DNA of 64,000 bases from Candidatus Anstonellales archaeon (GTDB lineage: Archaea; Micrarchaeota; Micrarchaeia; Anstonellales; J096): the NCBI GenBank assembly GCA_038896535.1, contig JAWACY010000001.1, positions 160,001-224,000 of the forward strand, in the 5' to 3' direction. Shown one piece after another: positions 1 to 8,748 of the stretch; within the stretch, counting starts at the first letter, position 1; each line of letters starts with the position of its first letter. The notes under the pieces were generated by a model that did not search any database, was not told where the DNA came from, and saw only the letters and a list, made by a program, of their open reading frames with translations. The position numbers and the translations under genes were made by a program.

Positions 1-102
1 TTTTCAGTCCATTTATTAATTGCTATATATGCATCCTCTTTAGTATTGCAATTATTTATAATAGGCTATATAAGCGTATCTAAACCAGTTGTGATGAGAT
101 GA
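1..102 (+). CDS. 3' end of a membrane protein, probably a type II/IV secretion F-domain (TadB/TadC-like) paralog; truncated by the window edge
   Basis: Frame 1 is open from base 1 (FSVHLLIAIYASSLVLQLFIIGYISVSKPVVMR*), hydrophobic, and its stop overlaps the next ATG (ATGA at 99-102). Confidence 0.5.
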   Translation, partial: FSVHLLIAIYASSLVLQLFIIGYISVSKPVVMR

Positions 103-1088
103 GCTTTTATTCAACAATAGGAAGTATTATTCCTGAAAGTTTATTAAAAAATGTTAAAAGAATGCTTGTATACGCTGGTATTAAAGAAGATCCAGAAACA
201 TATATAGGGAGGATATTATTTCTAATGTTATTATTGCTTTTAATACCGCCATTATTAAAGCTTGTATTAGACCTTTATGGCCTTTATTTCCTTAATAATG
301 CAATAGTATTAATATTAGAGCTTTTTTTATTGGTTTTAACTCCTTTTGCTTTTTATGCACATCTCTCTTTTATAATATCTTCAAGAGCAGAAAGAGCAGA
401 AGAAGTTTTTCCAGATTTTTTATATGATTTAGGAGCAAACCTTAATAGTGGCATGCCTGTTTTCCAAGCTTTCTTGGCAAGTGCATTGAAAAAAGAATTT
501 GGCGTTTTATCAGATGAAGCAAAGGATGTGTATGAGAAATACCAGACAGAAAATTTAAACAAAATGTTTGATGAGTTAGCATTACGCTTTGATTCAAGGC
601 ATATTGAAAATTTTGTAAGATTTTTTGAGAGATCCATTGCATTAGGTGGAAGCATGTCAGATCTATTGCAAAGCTATGCTGAGGAAATGAAATATATATT
701 AAACATGAGACAAGAATTGAAGCAAAGAACATTAAATTATGTTGTTTTTATAGCAATAATAACGGTATTTATTTTTCCATTCTTGCTTTCAATTGCCTAT
801 ACTTATATAACTATGATGAGCTCATTATATGGGAATGTTAAAGTGCAATCATCAGTTGGAATTTCTATTTTAACACCAATTATATCAATAACAAAAGAAG
901 AGATGTACATACTAAGCATTATTTTTATATTTCTATCAGGGCTTCTTACAAGCTTTTTGATATCTGTTTTGAGAAAAGGAAAAGTGATCTTTTTCTTGAA
1001 ATATGTTTTTATAATATGGCTTATAACTTATACAATATTTTTCCTTTCATTAAATGTACTTGCAAAAATTCTCATTTTAAAAACCTAA
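99..1088 (+). CDS. Type II secretion system F-family / TadC-like pilus assembly membrane protein
   Basis: Multiple TM helices; T2SSF signature 'EEVFPDFLYDLGANLNSGMPVFQAF...FGVLSDE' and 'SIALGGSMSDLL'. Confidence 0.85.
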   Translation: MSFYSTIGSIIPESLLKNVKRMLVYAGIKEDPETYIGRILFLMLLLLLIPPLLKLVLDLYGLYFLNNAIVLILELFLLVLTPFAFYAHLSFIISSRAERAEEVFPDFLYDLGANLNSGMPVFQAFLASALKKEFGVLSDEAKDVYEKYQTENLNKMFDELALRFDSRHIENFVRFFERSIALGGSMSDLLQSYAEEMKYILNMRQELKQRTLNYVVFIAIITVFIFPFLLSIAYTYITMMSSLYGNVKVQSSVGISILTPIISITKEEMYILSIIFIFLSGLLTSFLISVLRKGKVIFFLKYVFIIWLITYTIFFLSLNVLAKILILKT

Positions 1089-1101
1089 AGCTCTCTCAGG
1101 G

Positions 1102-1658
1102 CATTTTGCCACTAATTTGCTATTAATTAATATGCTGTTGCTATAAATATGCTGTCGATAATTAATATGCTGGTGATGTTGATAATTAGCGTAATTATAG
1201 ACAATTATACAATTATAATCATGAGTAAGCATAGTTATAGGTAATTGTAAGAATAATTATAGGTAATTTATAGGTAATTTATTTTAATTATGATAGTAGA
1301 ATAGCAGTAAATAGAAACAAATTCAAATCTTTTCTATAATGAAACTTCCTTTTATAACATATGCGGAAATAGAATCATCTCCATATTTATTTTTTATTGT
1401 CTTTATTAAATTTATTACATTGCCAGCTTTTTCTTCATTATCTATTATTATTGCAGATTTTAACAACCTTTCTTCTTTTATCCCATACTTTTTTAGGTTG
1501 TAATAAAAAACTCGCTTTACATTTATATAAAACGCATTTTTATTTATGTCATATAATATCAATGTATCCATAGCTACACTATTACCAATCCTTTTTTAAA
1601 TCTTTTTCTTCTTGCCTTCTTCCTACCTTCTATACAATGGTTGAATAGTGGCAAAATG
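1102..1658. repeat. 13-bp perfect inverted repeat pair flanking an AT-rich tract and a small ORF
   Basis: CATTTTGCCACTA at 1102-1114 and TAGTGGCAAAATG at 1646-1658; the right copy runs into a G6 tract (1658-1663). Outer CTCAG (1095-1099) and CTGAG (1665-1669) also pair. Confidence 0.7.
1323..1571 (-). CDS. Small Cas2/VapD-like ferredoxin-fold protein (stand-alone)
   Basis: 82 aa; N-terminal 'LILYDI' and central 'LKKYG...RLLKSAIII' follow the Cas2 pattern (YDI ... L..yG..rvQ.Svf). No cas1 nearby. Confidence 0.5.
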   Translation of the reverse strand: MDTLILYDINKNAFYINVKRVFYYNLKKYGIKEERLLKSAIIIDNEEKAGNVINLIKTIKNKYGDDSISAYVIKGSFIIEKI

Positions 1659-1764
1659 GGGGGTCTGAGGATTGCTGTTTTTTATTGTTTTTGGCTGTGA
1701 TTCTTTCTGATAAGAGCTTTGTTTTTTGAGATACTGTTTTTAATTATTTTCTCTAAAATTCATT

Positions 1765-4398
1765 ATGGTAAACAAAGAAGAACTAAAAAAAGCTTTCAAC
1801 AAAGATTGGGAAAAACATTATAAGTTAGATATATTAATAAAAAAGGGATTTAAAAGGCAGCAATGTATGAAATGCAAAAGAATGTTCTGGGCACTTGATA
1901 ATAGGCAATATTGTGCTGACCCTTCATGTATAGGCTATGAGTTTATAGGTAATCCTCCATCTAATTTAAAGCTTGATTATGTTGAAACATGGAAAAAAAT
2001 AGAGAAATATTTTGTCCAGACAGGGCATACAAGCATAAAGCCATTTCCAACAGTTGCCAGATGGAGAGATGATTTATATTTCACAATAGCAAGCATTAAT
2101 GATTTTCAGCCATATGTTGTTAATGGTGAGCTTGACCCAATTGCAAATCCTTTGATTGTACCCCAGCCTTGTATAAGATTTAGTGATATATCAAATGTTG
2201 GCATAACTGGCAGGCATTATACAAACTTTGTTATGATAGGGCAGCATGCATTTAATAATGACAGAACAGGACTTTTTTACTGGAAAGAACAAGCGATTGA
2301 ACATGACATAAATTATTTAAAATCACTTGGCATAAATGAGCAAGACCTTGTTTTTCATGAAGATGTATGGGCTGGCGGAGGAAATTTTGGGCCTAGCATA
2401 GAATATTTTTCAAGAGGCCTAGAATTAGGAAATTGCGTTTTTATGCAATATGAAGAACTTGCAAATGGTGAATCAAGGGAATTAAAAACAAAAGTCATTG
2501 ATATGGGCGCAGGGCTGAGCAGGCTGTGTTGGATTACACATGGAAGTTATACAAGTTATGAAATTGTCCTTGGTAAGCCAGTATACTATCTAAAAGATGC
2601 ATTTGATATACATGTTGAACAAGAACTTTTTGCAAAATACAGCAAATATGCTGGTTATTTAAATGTTGATGAAGTTGAAGACATAGAAAAGGCAAGAGAA
2701 GATGTTGCGAAAGCATTGAATATAGATAAAAACTTACTTTTTGACCAACTTGAGCCATTGCAAGCAATTTATGCAATAGCAGACCATACATTAACGCTGC
2801 TATTTACTATAACAGATGGCATGATGCCTTCAAATTCTGGGGGAGGTTATAACTTAAGAATACTTGCGAGAAGAATATTTGCTTTTGAAGATAGATATGG
2901 CTTTAATATAGATTATGGCAAAGTGCTTGAACTTCATATGGAACATTTGAAAGGATTATTTGATCAATATAAAGAGAGCATAGACACGGTTGCAAATGTA
3001 ATAACTGATGAAAGGAAAAAATATGTTGAAACAAAAAATAGAGCAAAGGCCAGAGTAATAAATATAATAAAAAAGGCAGAAAACAAGGCAATAACAACTC
3101 AAGATCTTATAACACTTTACAAAAGCGATGGAATACCGCCAGAATATATAAAAAACCTAGGGAAAGAGCACAATGTAAATATACAGATGCCTGGAAACTT
3201 TTATGAACTTGTAAGAGAACCAGATTCAGCAAAGAAACAGCAAGATGAAATAAACATAGATGTATCTAAATATGACCAAACATATAAAATGTATTATGAT
3301 TATGATATGCTGGAAGAATTTGAAGCAACTGTTATAGGGGTTGAAGGCAATTGGGTGATATTAGATAAAACAATGTTCTATCCAGAAGGAGGAGGCCAAA
3401 TAGGAGATACTGGCTGGCTTGATGATATTAAGGTTGTTGATACGAAAAAGATAGGTAATGTAATAATACACAAGGTTGAAAGGCCGGCATTTAAAAAAGG
3501 GCAAAAGGTAATAGGCAAAGTTGATTGGGAGAGAAGAATAAAGATAACAAGGCATCATACAGCAACGCATCTCATTACAGCGGCAGCCAGGCTTTTATTT
3601 GGAAAACATATCTGGCAGGCTGGGGCAAAAAAAGAAGAAGATAAAGCACATATAGATTTAACGCATTATGAAAGGTTTAGCCAAGAACAAATTTTTGAAA
3701 TTGAAAAAAAAGTTAATGAGTGGGTCATGCAAGATATAGACATAAATGCTGAAACAATGCCAAGAACAATAGCAGAAGAGAAATATGGCTTTACTATATA
3801 TCAAGGAGGAGCTGTGCCTGGCAAGGAATTGAGGATAATATCAATAAAGGGCATAGATGCAGAAGCATGCGGCGGAACACATCACATGTTAAAAAGAACA
3901 GGGCAGATAGGATTTATAAAAATAATAAAAAGAGAAACAATAAAAGATGGTGTTGAAAGGCTTGTATTTAAAGTTGGGCAAGCTGCCCTTGATTACCTAA
4001 ATGATAGGGAACAAATTATAAGAGATGCTAGTAATGTATTTAAAGTTCCTTCAAATGAGCTTGTTAAAACTTGTGAAAGGTTCTTCAATGAATGGAAAAA
4101 AAGTAATAAAAAAATCGAAAAGCTTGAGCAAATGCTAATAAAAACAATTGCTGAAAAACAAAATATTATTGAGCTAGATTTCGAGCCTAGCATAGTGCCA
4201 GAAATTGACAATGATATATTTATAATAACTGAAGAAAATTTATACATTGTTGGCAAGAATGCAAGCATAATATGGGATAAATTAAAAGATAGGTTAATGC
4301 TTAAAGGAGGCGGAAAGGGCAATTTATTTAAAGCAAAAATTGACAACAAGGCATTACTAAAAAAGCACATAATGGAAATGATGGAAAGCATGCAATAG
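1765..4398 (+). CDS. alaS: Alanine--tRNA ligase (archaeal type)
   Basis: N-terminal CxxC, 'FTIASINDFQP', 'GITGRH', 'IDMGAGLSR', editing domain 'HHTATH...CGGTH'. Confidence 0.97.
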   Translation: MVNKEELKKAFNKDWEKHYKLDILIKKGFKRQQCMKCKRMFWALDNRQYCADPSCIGYEFIGNPPSNLKLDYVETWKKIEKYFVQTGHTSIKPFPTVARWRDDLYFTIASINDFQPYVVNGELDPIANPLIVPQPCIRFSDISNVGITGRHYTNFVMIGQHAFNNDRTGLFYWKEQAIEHDINYLKSLGINEQDLVFHEDVWAGGGNFGPSIEYFSRGLELGNCVFMQYEELANGESRELKTKVIDMGAGLSRLCWITHGSYTSYEIVLGKPVYYLKDAFDIHVEQELFAKYSKYAGYLNVDEVEDIEKAREDVAKALNIDKNLLFDQLEPLQAIYAIADHTLTLLFTITDGMMPSNSGGGYNLRILARRIFAFEDRYGFNIDYGKVLELHMEHLKGLFDQYKESIDTVANVITDERKKYVETKNRAKARVINIIKKAENKAITTQDLITLYKSDGIPPEYIKNLGKEHNVNIQMPGNFYELVREPDSAKKQQDEINIDVSKYDQTYKMYYDYDMLEEFEATVIGVEGNWVILDKTMFYPEGGGQIGDTGWLDDIKVVDTKKIGNVIIHKVERPAFKKGQKVIGKVDWERRIKITRHHTATHLITAAARLLFGKHIWQAGAKKEEDKAHIDLTHYERFSQEQIFEIEKKVNEWVMQDIDINAETMPRTIAEEKYGFTIYQGGAVPGKELRIISIKGIDAEACGGTHHMLKRTGQIGFIKIIKRETIKDGVERLVFKVGQAALDYLNDREQIIRDASNVFKVPSNELVKTCERFFNEWKKSNKKIEKLEQMLIKTIAEKQNIIELDFEPSIVPEIDNDIFIITEENLYIVGKNASIIWDKLKDRLMLKGGGKGNLFKAKIDNKALLKKHIMEMMESMQ

Positions 4399-4412
4399 CT
4401 TATCAGTAAAGT

Positions 4413-4865
4413 TCAAATGGTTAAATTTAATTTCTTATAATCTTTTATAAACCTTAAAAATGCGCTGCTTTTTATAATATATACACTACGCCCCTTTAAT
4501 TCGTGTATAAAATTAAGTTTTGTCAATATAAAACTATCTACCTCATCGCAATTGCATAACTTTACTGCATTATTATTAATGCTACCACAACAATCAAACC
4601 ATCCTGCAAAATAGTTTGCTGAATAATCATTTATTGCAATAAACCTGTATTGCCTTTCTTTACTAAATTTTTCAAGTCTTTTCTTTATTCTGTAATTATA
4701 AAAATATATTGCATCTTTTGAATAAAGGAATTTTTCGCTTAATTTTAATTTTTGGCATATGTCAAAAAATATGTGTTTCGCCCTTCCTTTTATGCCAACT
4801 CCTTTTTCATATTTGCAATGTTGCCATAATCCAAGCAAATAAGCTAAATCTTGTGAGAATTCCAT
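4413..4865 (-). CDS. Stand-alone degenerate LAGLIDADG-family protein
   Basis: Two LAGLIDADG-like helices, 'DLAYLLGLW' and 'NYFAGWFDCCGS'; no intein splicing motifs. Confidence 0.55.
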   Translation of the reverse strand: MEFSQDLAYLLGLWQHCKYEKGVGIKGRAKHIFFDICQKLKLSEKFLYSKDAIYFYNYRIKKRLEKFSKERQYRFIAINDYSANYFAGWFDCCGSINNNAVKLCNCDEVDSFILTKLNFIHELKGRSVYIIKSSAFLRFIKDYKKLNLTI

Positions 4866-4872
4866 ATTTTTT

Positions 4873-5373
4873 CTATCCTGTCAATTTTTCTTCCTTTTTC
4901 TTTTCTTCAGTTTTCTCCTCTTTTTTTAAGGTTGCCGTTAAAGTCGGCGTTAAAACCTCCTGCTCCTTTTCCTTTTCTTTTAATTTATCAAGCTGTTCAT
5001 TTAATGCCATGCCAAAAACAATATTAAAATTTGTCATGTATGATATAGCAACTTTATTTCCCTCAAACCCAAGTTTTTCAAATACATCAATAAGATTTGT
5101 TTTATCATATTCTGAAAATGGTTCCTTTCCTTCTAATGCCCTGTTCAATGCAGAGCTTGTTATTGCCTGCAATTTTAAATAAGCTTCTTTTCCTTCTGGT
5201 TTTTTATGAAGGGCAAGATTTGAATAAGCATGTAATATTGCCTTTGCGAATATTGCCCCATTCACATAACCATTTTTTATACTATCTTTTATGAGTGCTA
5301 TTTCATCTTTACTCAAAGGCTTTGCTTTTTGGATTTTTTCCATTATGCTATTAAGAAACTCAAATAATGCCAT
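4873..5373 (-). CDS. Hypothetical protein (helical, charged C-terminal tail)
   Basis: 166-aa ORF tightly packed between co-oriented neighbours; no motif recognised. Confidence 0.65.
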   Translation of the reverse strand: MALFEFLNSIMEKIQKAKPLSKDEIALIKDSIKNGYVNGAIFAKAILHAYSNLALHKKPEGKEAYLKLQAITSSALNRALEGKEPFSEYDKTNLIDVFEKLGFEGNKVAISYMTNFNIVFGMALNEQLDKLKEKEKEQEVLTPTLTATLKKEEKTEEKKKEEKLTG

Positions 5374-5377
5374 ATAA

Positions 5378-5785
5378 TCATCCTGATAACAAACTTTTTA
5401 TTTTACTATTATTATCACTGCTTATAGCAACTTCTGTTATTTTGTCTGCTCTTAAGATGTATATAGCATTTAAATCTATGCCAGCCTTATATATGACTTC
5501 AGTTAATTTTGCCAGCTCCCCTGGTTTATTTTCCAATTTTACAACAATAATGTCATTCTCATTTACTTCTATATTTATTGGAGCCCTTTTTAACATTTGA
5601 CTTGCTGTCTTATAGTCGTTTGTTACAATCCTGAATATTGCTGTTTTTTCATTAATTGCAAATGCAGTAATTGCCTCTATATTTATTCCAGCATTTCCAA
5701 GTAAGCTTGCTATTTGAAACAAAGTGCCTGGGTTATTCTGTGTTTTTATGATGAACTCTTTTTCTATGCTAAAATTCCACTTCAT
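5378..5785 (-). CDS. Tandem ACT-domain protein
   Basis: Two ACT motifs, 'NNPGTLFQIASLLGNAGINIEAI' and 'ENKPGELAKLTEVIYKAGIDLNAI'; GGTGA RBS upstream. Confidence 0.9.
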   Translation of the reverse strand: MKWNFSIEKEFIIKTQNNPGTLFQIASLLGNAGINIEAITAFAINEKTAIFRIVTNDYKTASQMLKRAPINIEVNENDIIVVKLENKPGELAKLTEVIYKAGIDLNAIYILRADKITEVAISSDNNSKIKSLLSG

Positions 5786-5846
5786 ATTCTCACCAATGTG
5801 AAAATATGCTATAAGGGATTTTAAATATTTTCTGTTATTTTATTTT

Positions 5847-6812
5847 ATGGATTTAATAGCAGAAATTAAAGAACAAGTTGAAAAAAACATCAAGGATTAC
5901 ATAGAAAAATTTGAGACGAGGAAAGACATAATAGATGTTATTTATGAATATATATCAAGAGATGCAAAGAGGATAAGGCCCGTAATAATGATCTTGAGTG
6001 CCAAGGCAATTGATAAGCAAAGGTTAAAAATATTTGAAAAAACTGCAATAGCTATTGAGCTTTTTCATAATTTTACACTAATACATGATGATATAGAGGA
6101 TGGCTCATATTATAGAAGAGGTAAGCCGACATTACATGTTTTATATGGTGAGCCACTAGCAATAAATTTTGGAGATGCCTTATTTAATGTTGTTTGGCAT
6201 TCTATTATAGAATCAGGATTAACAAAAAATGAAATGCTTTTAATAAATAAAACATTCCAGGAAGTTGTTGAAGGCCAGCATATAGAGATAAGTGCAGTAC
6301 ATGAAGAAAGGTTTGATCTGGCTTATGAGGATTATTATGAGATAGCAAGCAAAAAAACAGGAGCTCTTATTGCTTTATGCATAGCTTTACCATTTTATAA
6401 AAAAAGCAAAAAAACGTTTAAAAAGGTTTATAAAAGCGTTAAAGAGCTTGGAATAGCATTCCAGATTTTGGATGATGTTCTGAATCTAACAGGAGATTTT
6501 GAGAAATATAAGAAAAAAATAGGTGATGACATAACAGAAGGCAAAAGAACGCTTATGGTTATATACACAATGAAAAACTCAAAAGATAAAGATGAATTAA
6601 AAGCAATATTGTCAAGCCATACAAAAGATGAAGAAAAAATAAAGAGGGCAATACAAATTATAAAAGAAAGCGGGGCAATAGAATTTGCAAAGAATAAGGC
6701 AAAAGAACTTGTTGATAAAAACCTGCCTATCTTAAAGCAAGCTTTTCCTGATTGCGAAGAAAAAGAAGCCCTGATGTCAATAGTTAACATGTTCATAAAT
6801 AGAGAAAAATAA
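5847..6812 (+). CDS. idsA: Polyprenyl (geranylgeranyl) diphosphate synthase
   Basis: 'KRIRP', FARM 'HNFTLIHDDIEDGSYYRRGKPT', SARM 'FQILDDVL', 'GDDITEGKRT'. Confidence 0.9.
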   Translation: MDLIAEIKEQVEKNIKDYIEKFETRKDIIDVIYEYISRDAKRIRPVIMILSAKAIDKQRLKIFEKTAIAIELFHNFTLIHDDIEDGSYYRRGKPTLHVLYGEPLAINFGDALFNVVWHSIIESGLTKNEMLLINKTFQEVVEGQHIEISAVHEERFDLAYEDYYEIASKKTGALIALCIALPFYKKSKKTFKKVYKSVKELGIAFQILDDVLNLTGDFEKYKKKIGDDITEGKRTLMVIYTMKNSKDKDELKAILSSHTKDEEKIKRAIQIIKESGAIEFAKNKAKELVDKNLPILKQAFPDCEEKEALMSIVNMFINREK

Positions 6813-6818
6813 CTGTAA

Positions 6819-6988
6819 GTAAGAAGGCAAATTAACTTATACACATGCCTTCTTACAATCATCCAACCCCTATTAAGCCCTGTAGTAAGAAGGCGCTTAC
6901 CCTTATACACACGCCTTCTTACAATCATCCAACCCCTATTATACGCTTTGGGAAGAAGACACTAACCCTGATAAACTTGCTTTCTTAA
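6819..6988 (+). repeat. Array A of 38-bp palindromic REP-like units (3 units, 66-bp period)
   Basis: GTAAGAAGGC-N18-GCCTTCTTAC at 6819-6856 and 6885-6922, degenerate copy at 6951-6988; 28-bp linkers starting AATCATCCAACCCCTATTA. Confidence 0.9.
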
Positions 6989-7048
6989 TGGTCTAAGACT
7001 TATTGATGTGATAAGTTTAAAAACATTTTGGAACACTATAAATAACAT

Positions 7049-7831
7049 ATGTCAAAATCAACAAAAAAAATATTTAAAACAGCAGCACTATCAGCTGCTC
7101 TTTTACTTACTCCGTTCATTAATCAAAAACCACTTTTGGAGAGAAAGCAGAAAGAAGCATTATATTATAGTAGACAAGAGCTTAGTTATATTACTGAACC
7201 TGTTCTATTTTTTTATGAAGGCCATGGTGAAGCATTTTATTCTATTGAAGCATCAAAGGCCATACCAATTATAAAGAAATATGGTTTTGACTTACTTTTT
7301 TTAGAATGTTTAGATGAACACGAAGGCAAAGTAAAAGCTGCACATAAAGCATTTGCAGAAAACAAAGCTGATGAAAGTGATGAAAGAATAGATAAACTTA
7401 GAAAACTACTTGAGAATAACTATGTTATGGGCACAGCTGATGCTTACTTAAGACTTATAAAAGCAGCAGCAGAATCACAAATGGAAGTTGCCTGCATAGA
7501 TGTAAAATTAGATGTAGCTAATAAAAATGGAAAGCTAATGTTTAAAGATGAAAAAGAAGCTGTTGATACTACGCAAAGAATTCTTTTTTCAAGAGAACTT
7601 CATATGCTAGATAAGGTAATGGAAGAAATTAAGAAGGGCAGAAAAGTGGCAATATTTATAGGATTTTTACATGCTACTTCAGATTACGGAGGAGCTGTAG
7701 TAAAGTACTTTTTAAATGAAAAAGAATACAAAAAATATATAGAGCATCCGACAATAAAGAAAATGTTATTAGATAAAGGGATATCAGTAGCTATATATTC
7801 ATATCAAAATAATGAGACAAACCCTAACTAA
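7049..7831 (+). CDS. Hypothetical protein with N-terminal signal/anchor; possible ChaN/EreA/TraB-TIKI-like fold
   Basis: Basic plus hydrophobic N-terminus; motifs 'FFYEGH', 'LLFLEC', 'RE.HM', 'AIFIGFLHA' in the order typical of that superfamily (inference). Confidence 0.5.
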   Translation: MSKSTKKIFKTAALSAALLLTPFINQKPLLERKQKEALYYSRQELSYITEPVLFFYEGHGEAFYSIEASKAIPIIKKYGFDLLFLECLDEHEGKVKAAHKAFAENKADESDERIDKLRKLLENNYVMGTADAYLRLIKAAAESQMEVACIDVKLDVANKNGKLMFKDEKEAVDTTQRILFSRELHMLDKVMEEIKKGRKVAIFIGFLHATSDYGGAVVKYFLNEKEYKKYIEHPTIKKMLLDKGISVAIYSYQNNETNPN

Positions 7832-8229
7832 GCTTGCATTTTTTCTCTTTTTTCTACTTTCGCACTCTTTTGCTCCTTAAGCTTTCCTTCTATTTCATAT
7901 CTCATATCAGGTCCTTGAATACTTCCTCCCTGCTGAATAAAATCCCTAGCAGTACTCATGTAGCCAGGTGCGTATGAAAATTGAAATGAGAAAAGGTATG
8001 CTGCTAAATCTATATTTGGTTTTCCAAGCTCAAGCTCTTTTCTTAGTAACTCTGCCTGTTTGTTATTCATACTAGCCCTATATTCATTTTCTCCCACCCC
8101 TCTTATAATTATCTCATTTCTTTGAAGATTAATTTCGATTTTAGCATATGGCTGTTTTGGTTCTTTATCAGAAACAGTAAGTTTGCCATCTTCTCCTGTA
8201 TAGGCATACATTGTTTTTATTTCAGCCAT
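7828..8229 (-). CDS. Hypothetical protein
   Basis: ORF track gives 7828..8268; the ATG at 8229 (MAEIK) lies about 28 nt below a TTTAAAAA box and is the more likely start. Confidence 0.6.
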   Translation of the reverse strand: MAEIKTMYAYTGEDGKLTVSDKEPKQPYAKIEINLQRNEIIIRGVGENEYRASMNNKQAELLRKELELGKPNIDLAAYLFSFQFSYAPGYMSTARDFIQQGGSIQGPDMRYEIEGKLKEQKSAKVEKREKMQA

Positions 8230-8282
8230 ATATATTTTGAGAATAAAAAGATTTTTAAATAGGTCCAATATTAAAATGGGCT

Positions 8283-8318
8283 AGGCAAATTACTATTAAA
8301 CATGCTTCTTACAAACAT
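8283..8318 (+). repeat. Degenerate single copy of the 38-bp palindromic unit
   Basis: AGGC-AAATTACTATTAAACAT-GCTTCTTAC-AAACAT matches the loop, right arm and linker start of the family. Confidence 0.7.
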
Positions 8319-8433
8319 AATTACTTACTACATTTTACTACTTACTACCTTTACTAATTACTACCTAATTCCACTGCATTTTACTATCATATAAATTTAT
8401 AAAAAGGTATAAAGTAGAGAAGGAAAGTGGCAG

Positions 8434-8748
8434 CTAGAATTCTATATAAACTTGATCTTTTTCTGCTGTTATTTTAAAAGCCCTTACTGGTTTTATTTTT
8501 TCTCCTGTTAAAGGATTTGATATGACTTCTCCAGTTTTTATATTAAAGACAGCAGCATGGCATGCGCACATTATTGCATAATCTTTTAAAAAACCTGTTG
8601 ACAATGGGCAGTTTGCATGTGTACAAACATCCTGTAATGCATAAAACTCCTCATTTTTCCTAATAATGCAGAATCTAAACCCATATGCATAAGCTACATT
8701 TATTCCATTAACGAAATCATTTATATTTCCTATTTTTACTTTTGCCAT
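8434..8748 (-). CDS. Rieske [2Fe-2S] ferredoxin
   Basis: 'CTHANCPL' and 'CACHAAVFNIKTG' Rieske ligand boxes. Confidence 0.92.
   Translation of the reverse strand: MAKVKIGNINDFVNGINVAYAYGFRFCIIRKNEEFYALQDVCTHANCPLSTGFLKDYAIMCACHAAVFNIKTGEVISNPLTGEKIKPVRAFKITAEKDQVYIEF

Noticed and set aside
6819..6988. Integron attC sites or Xer/dif sites
   Set aside because: No RYYYAAC/GTTRRRY ends, no gene cassettes between units, and no integrase. The 10-18-10 geometry does not fit the 11-6-11 dif layout.
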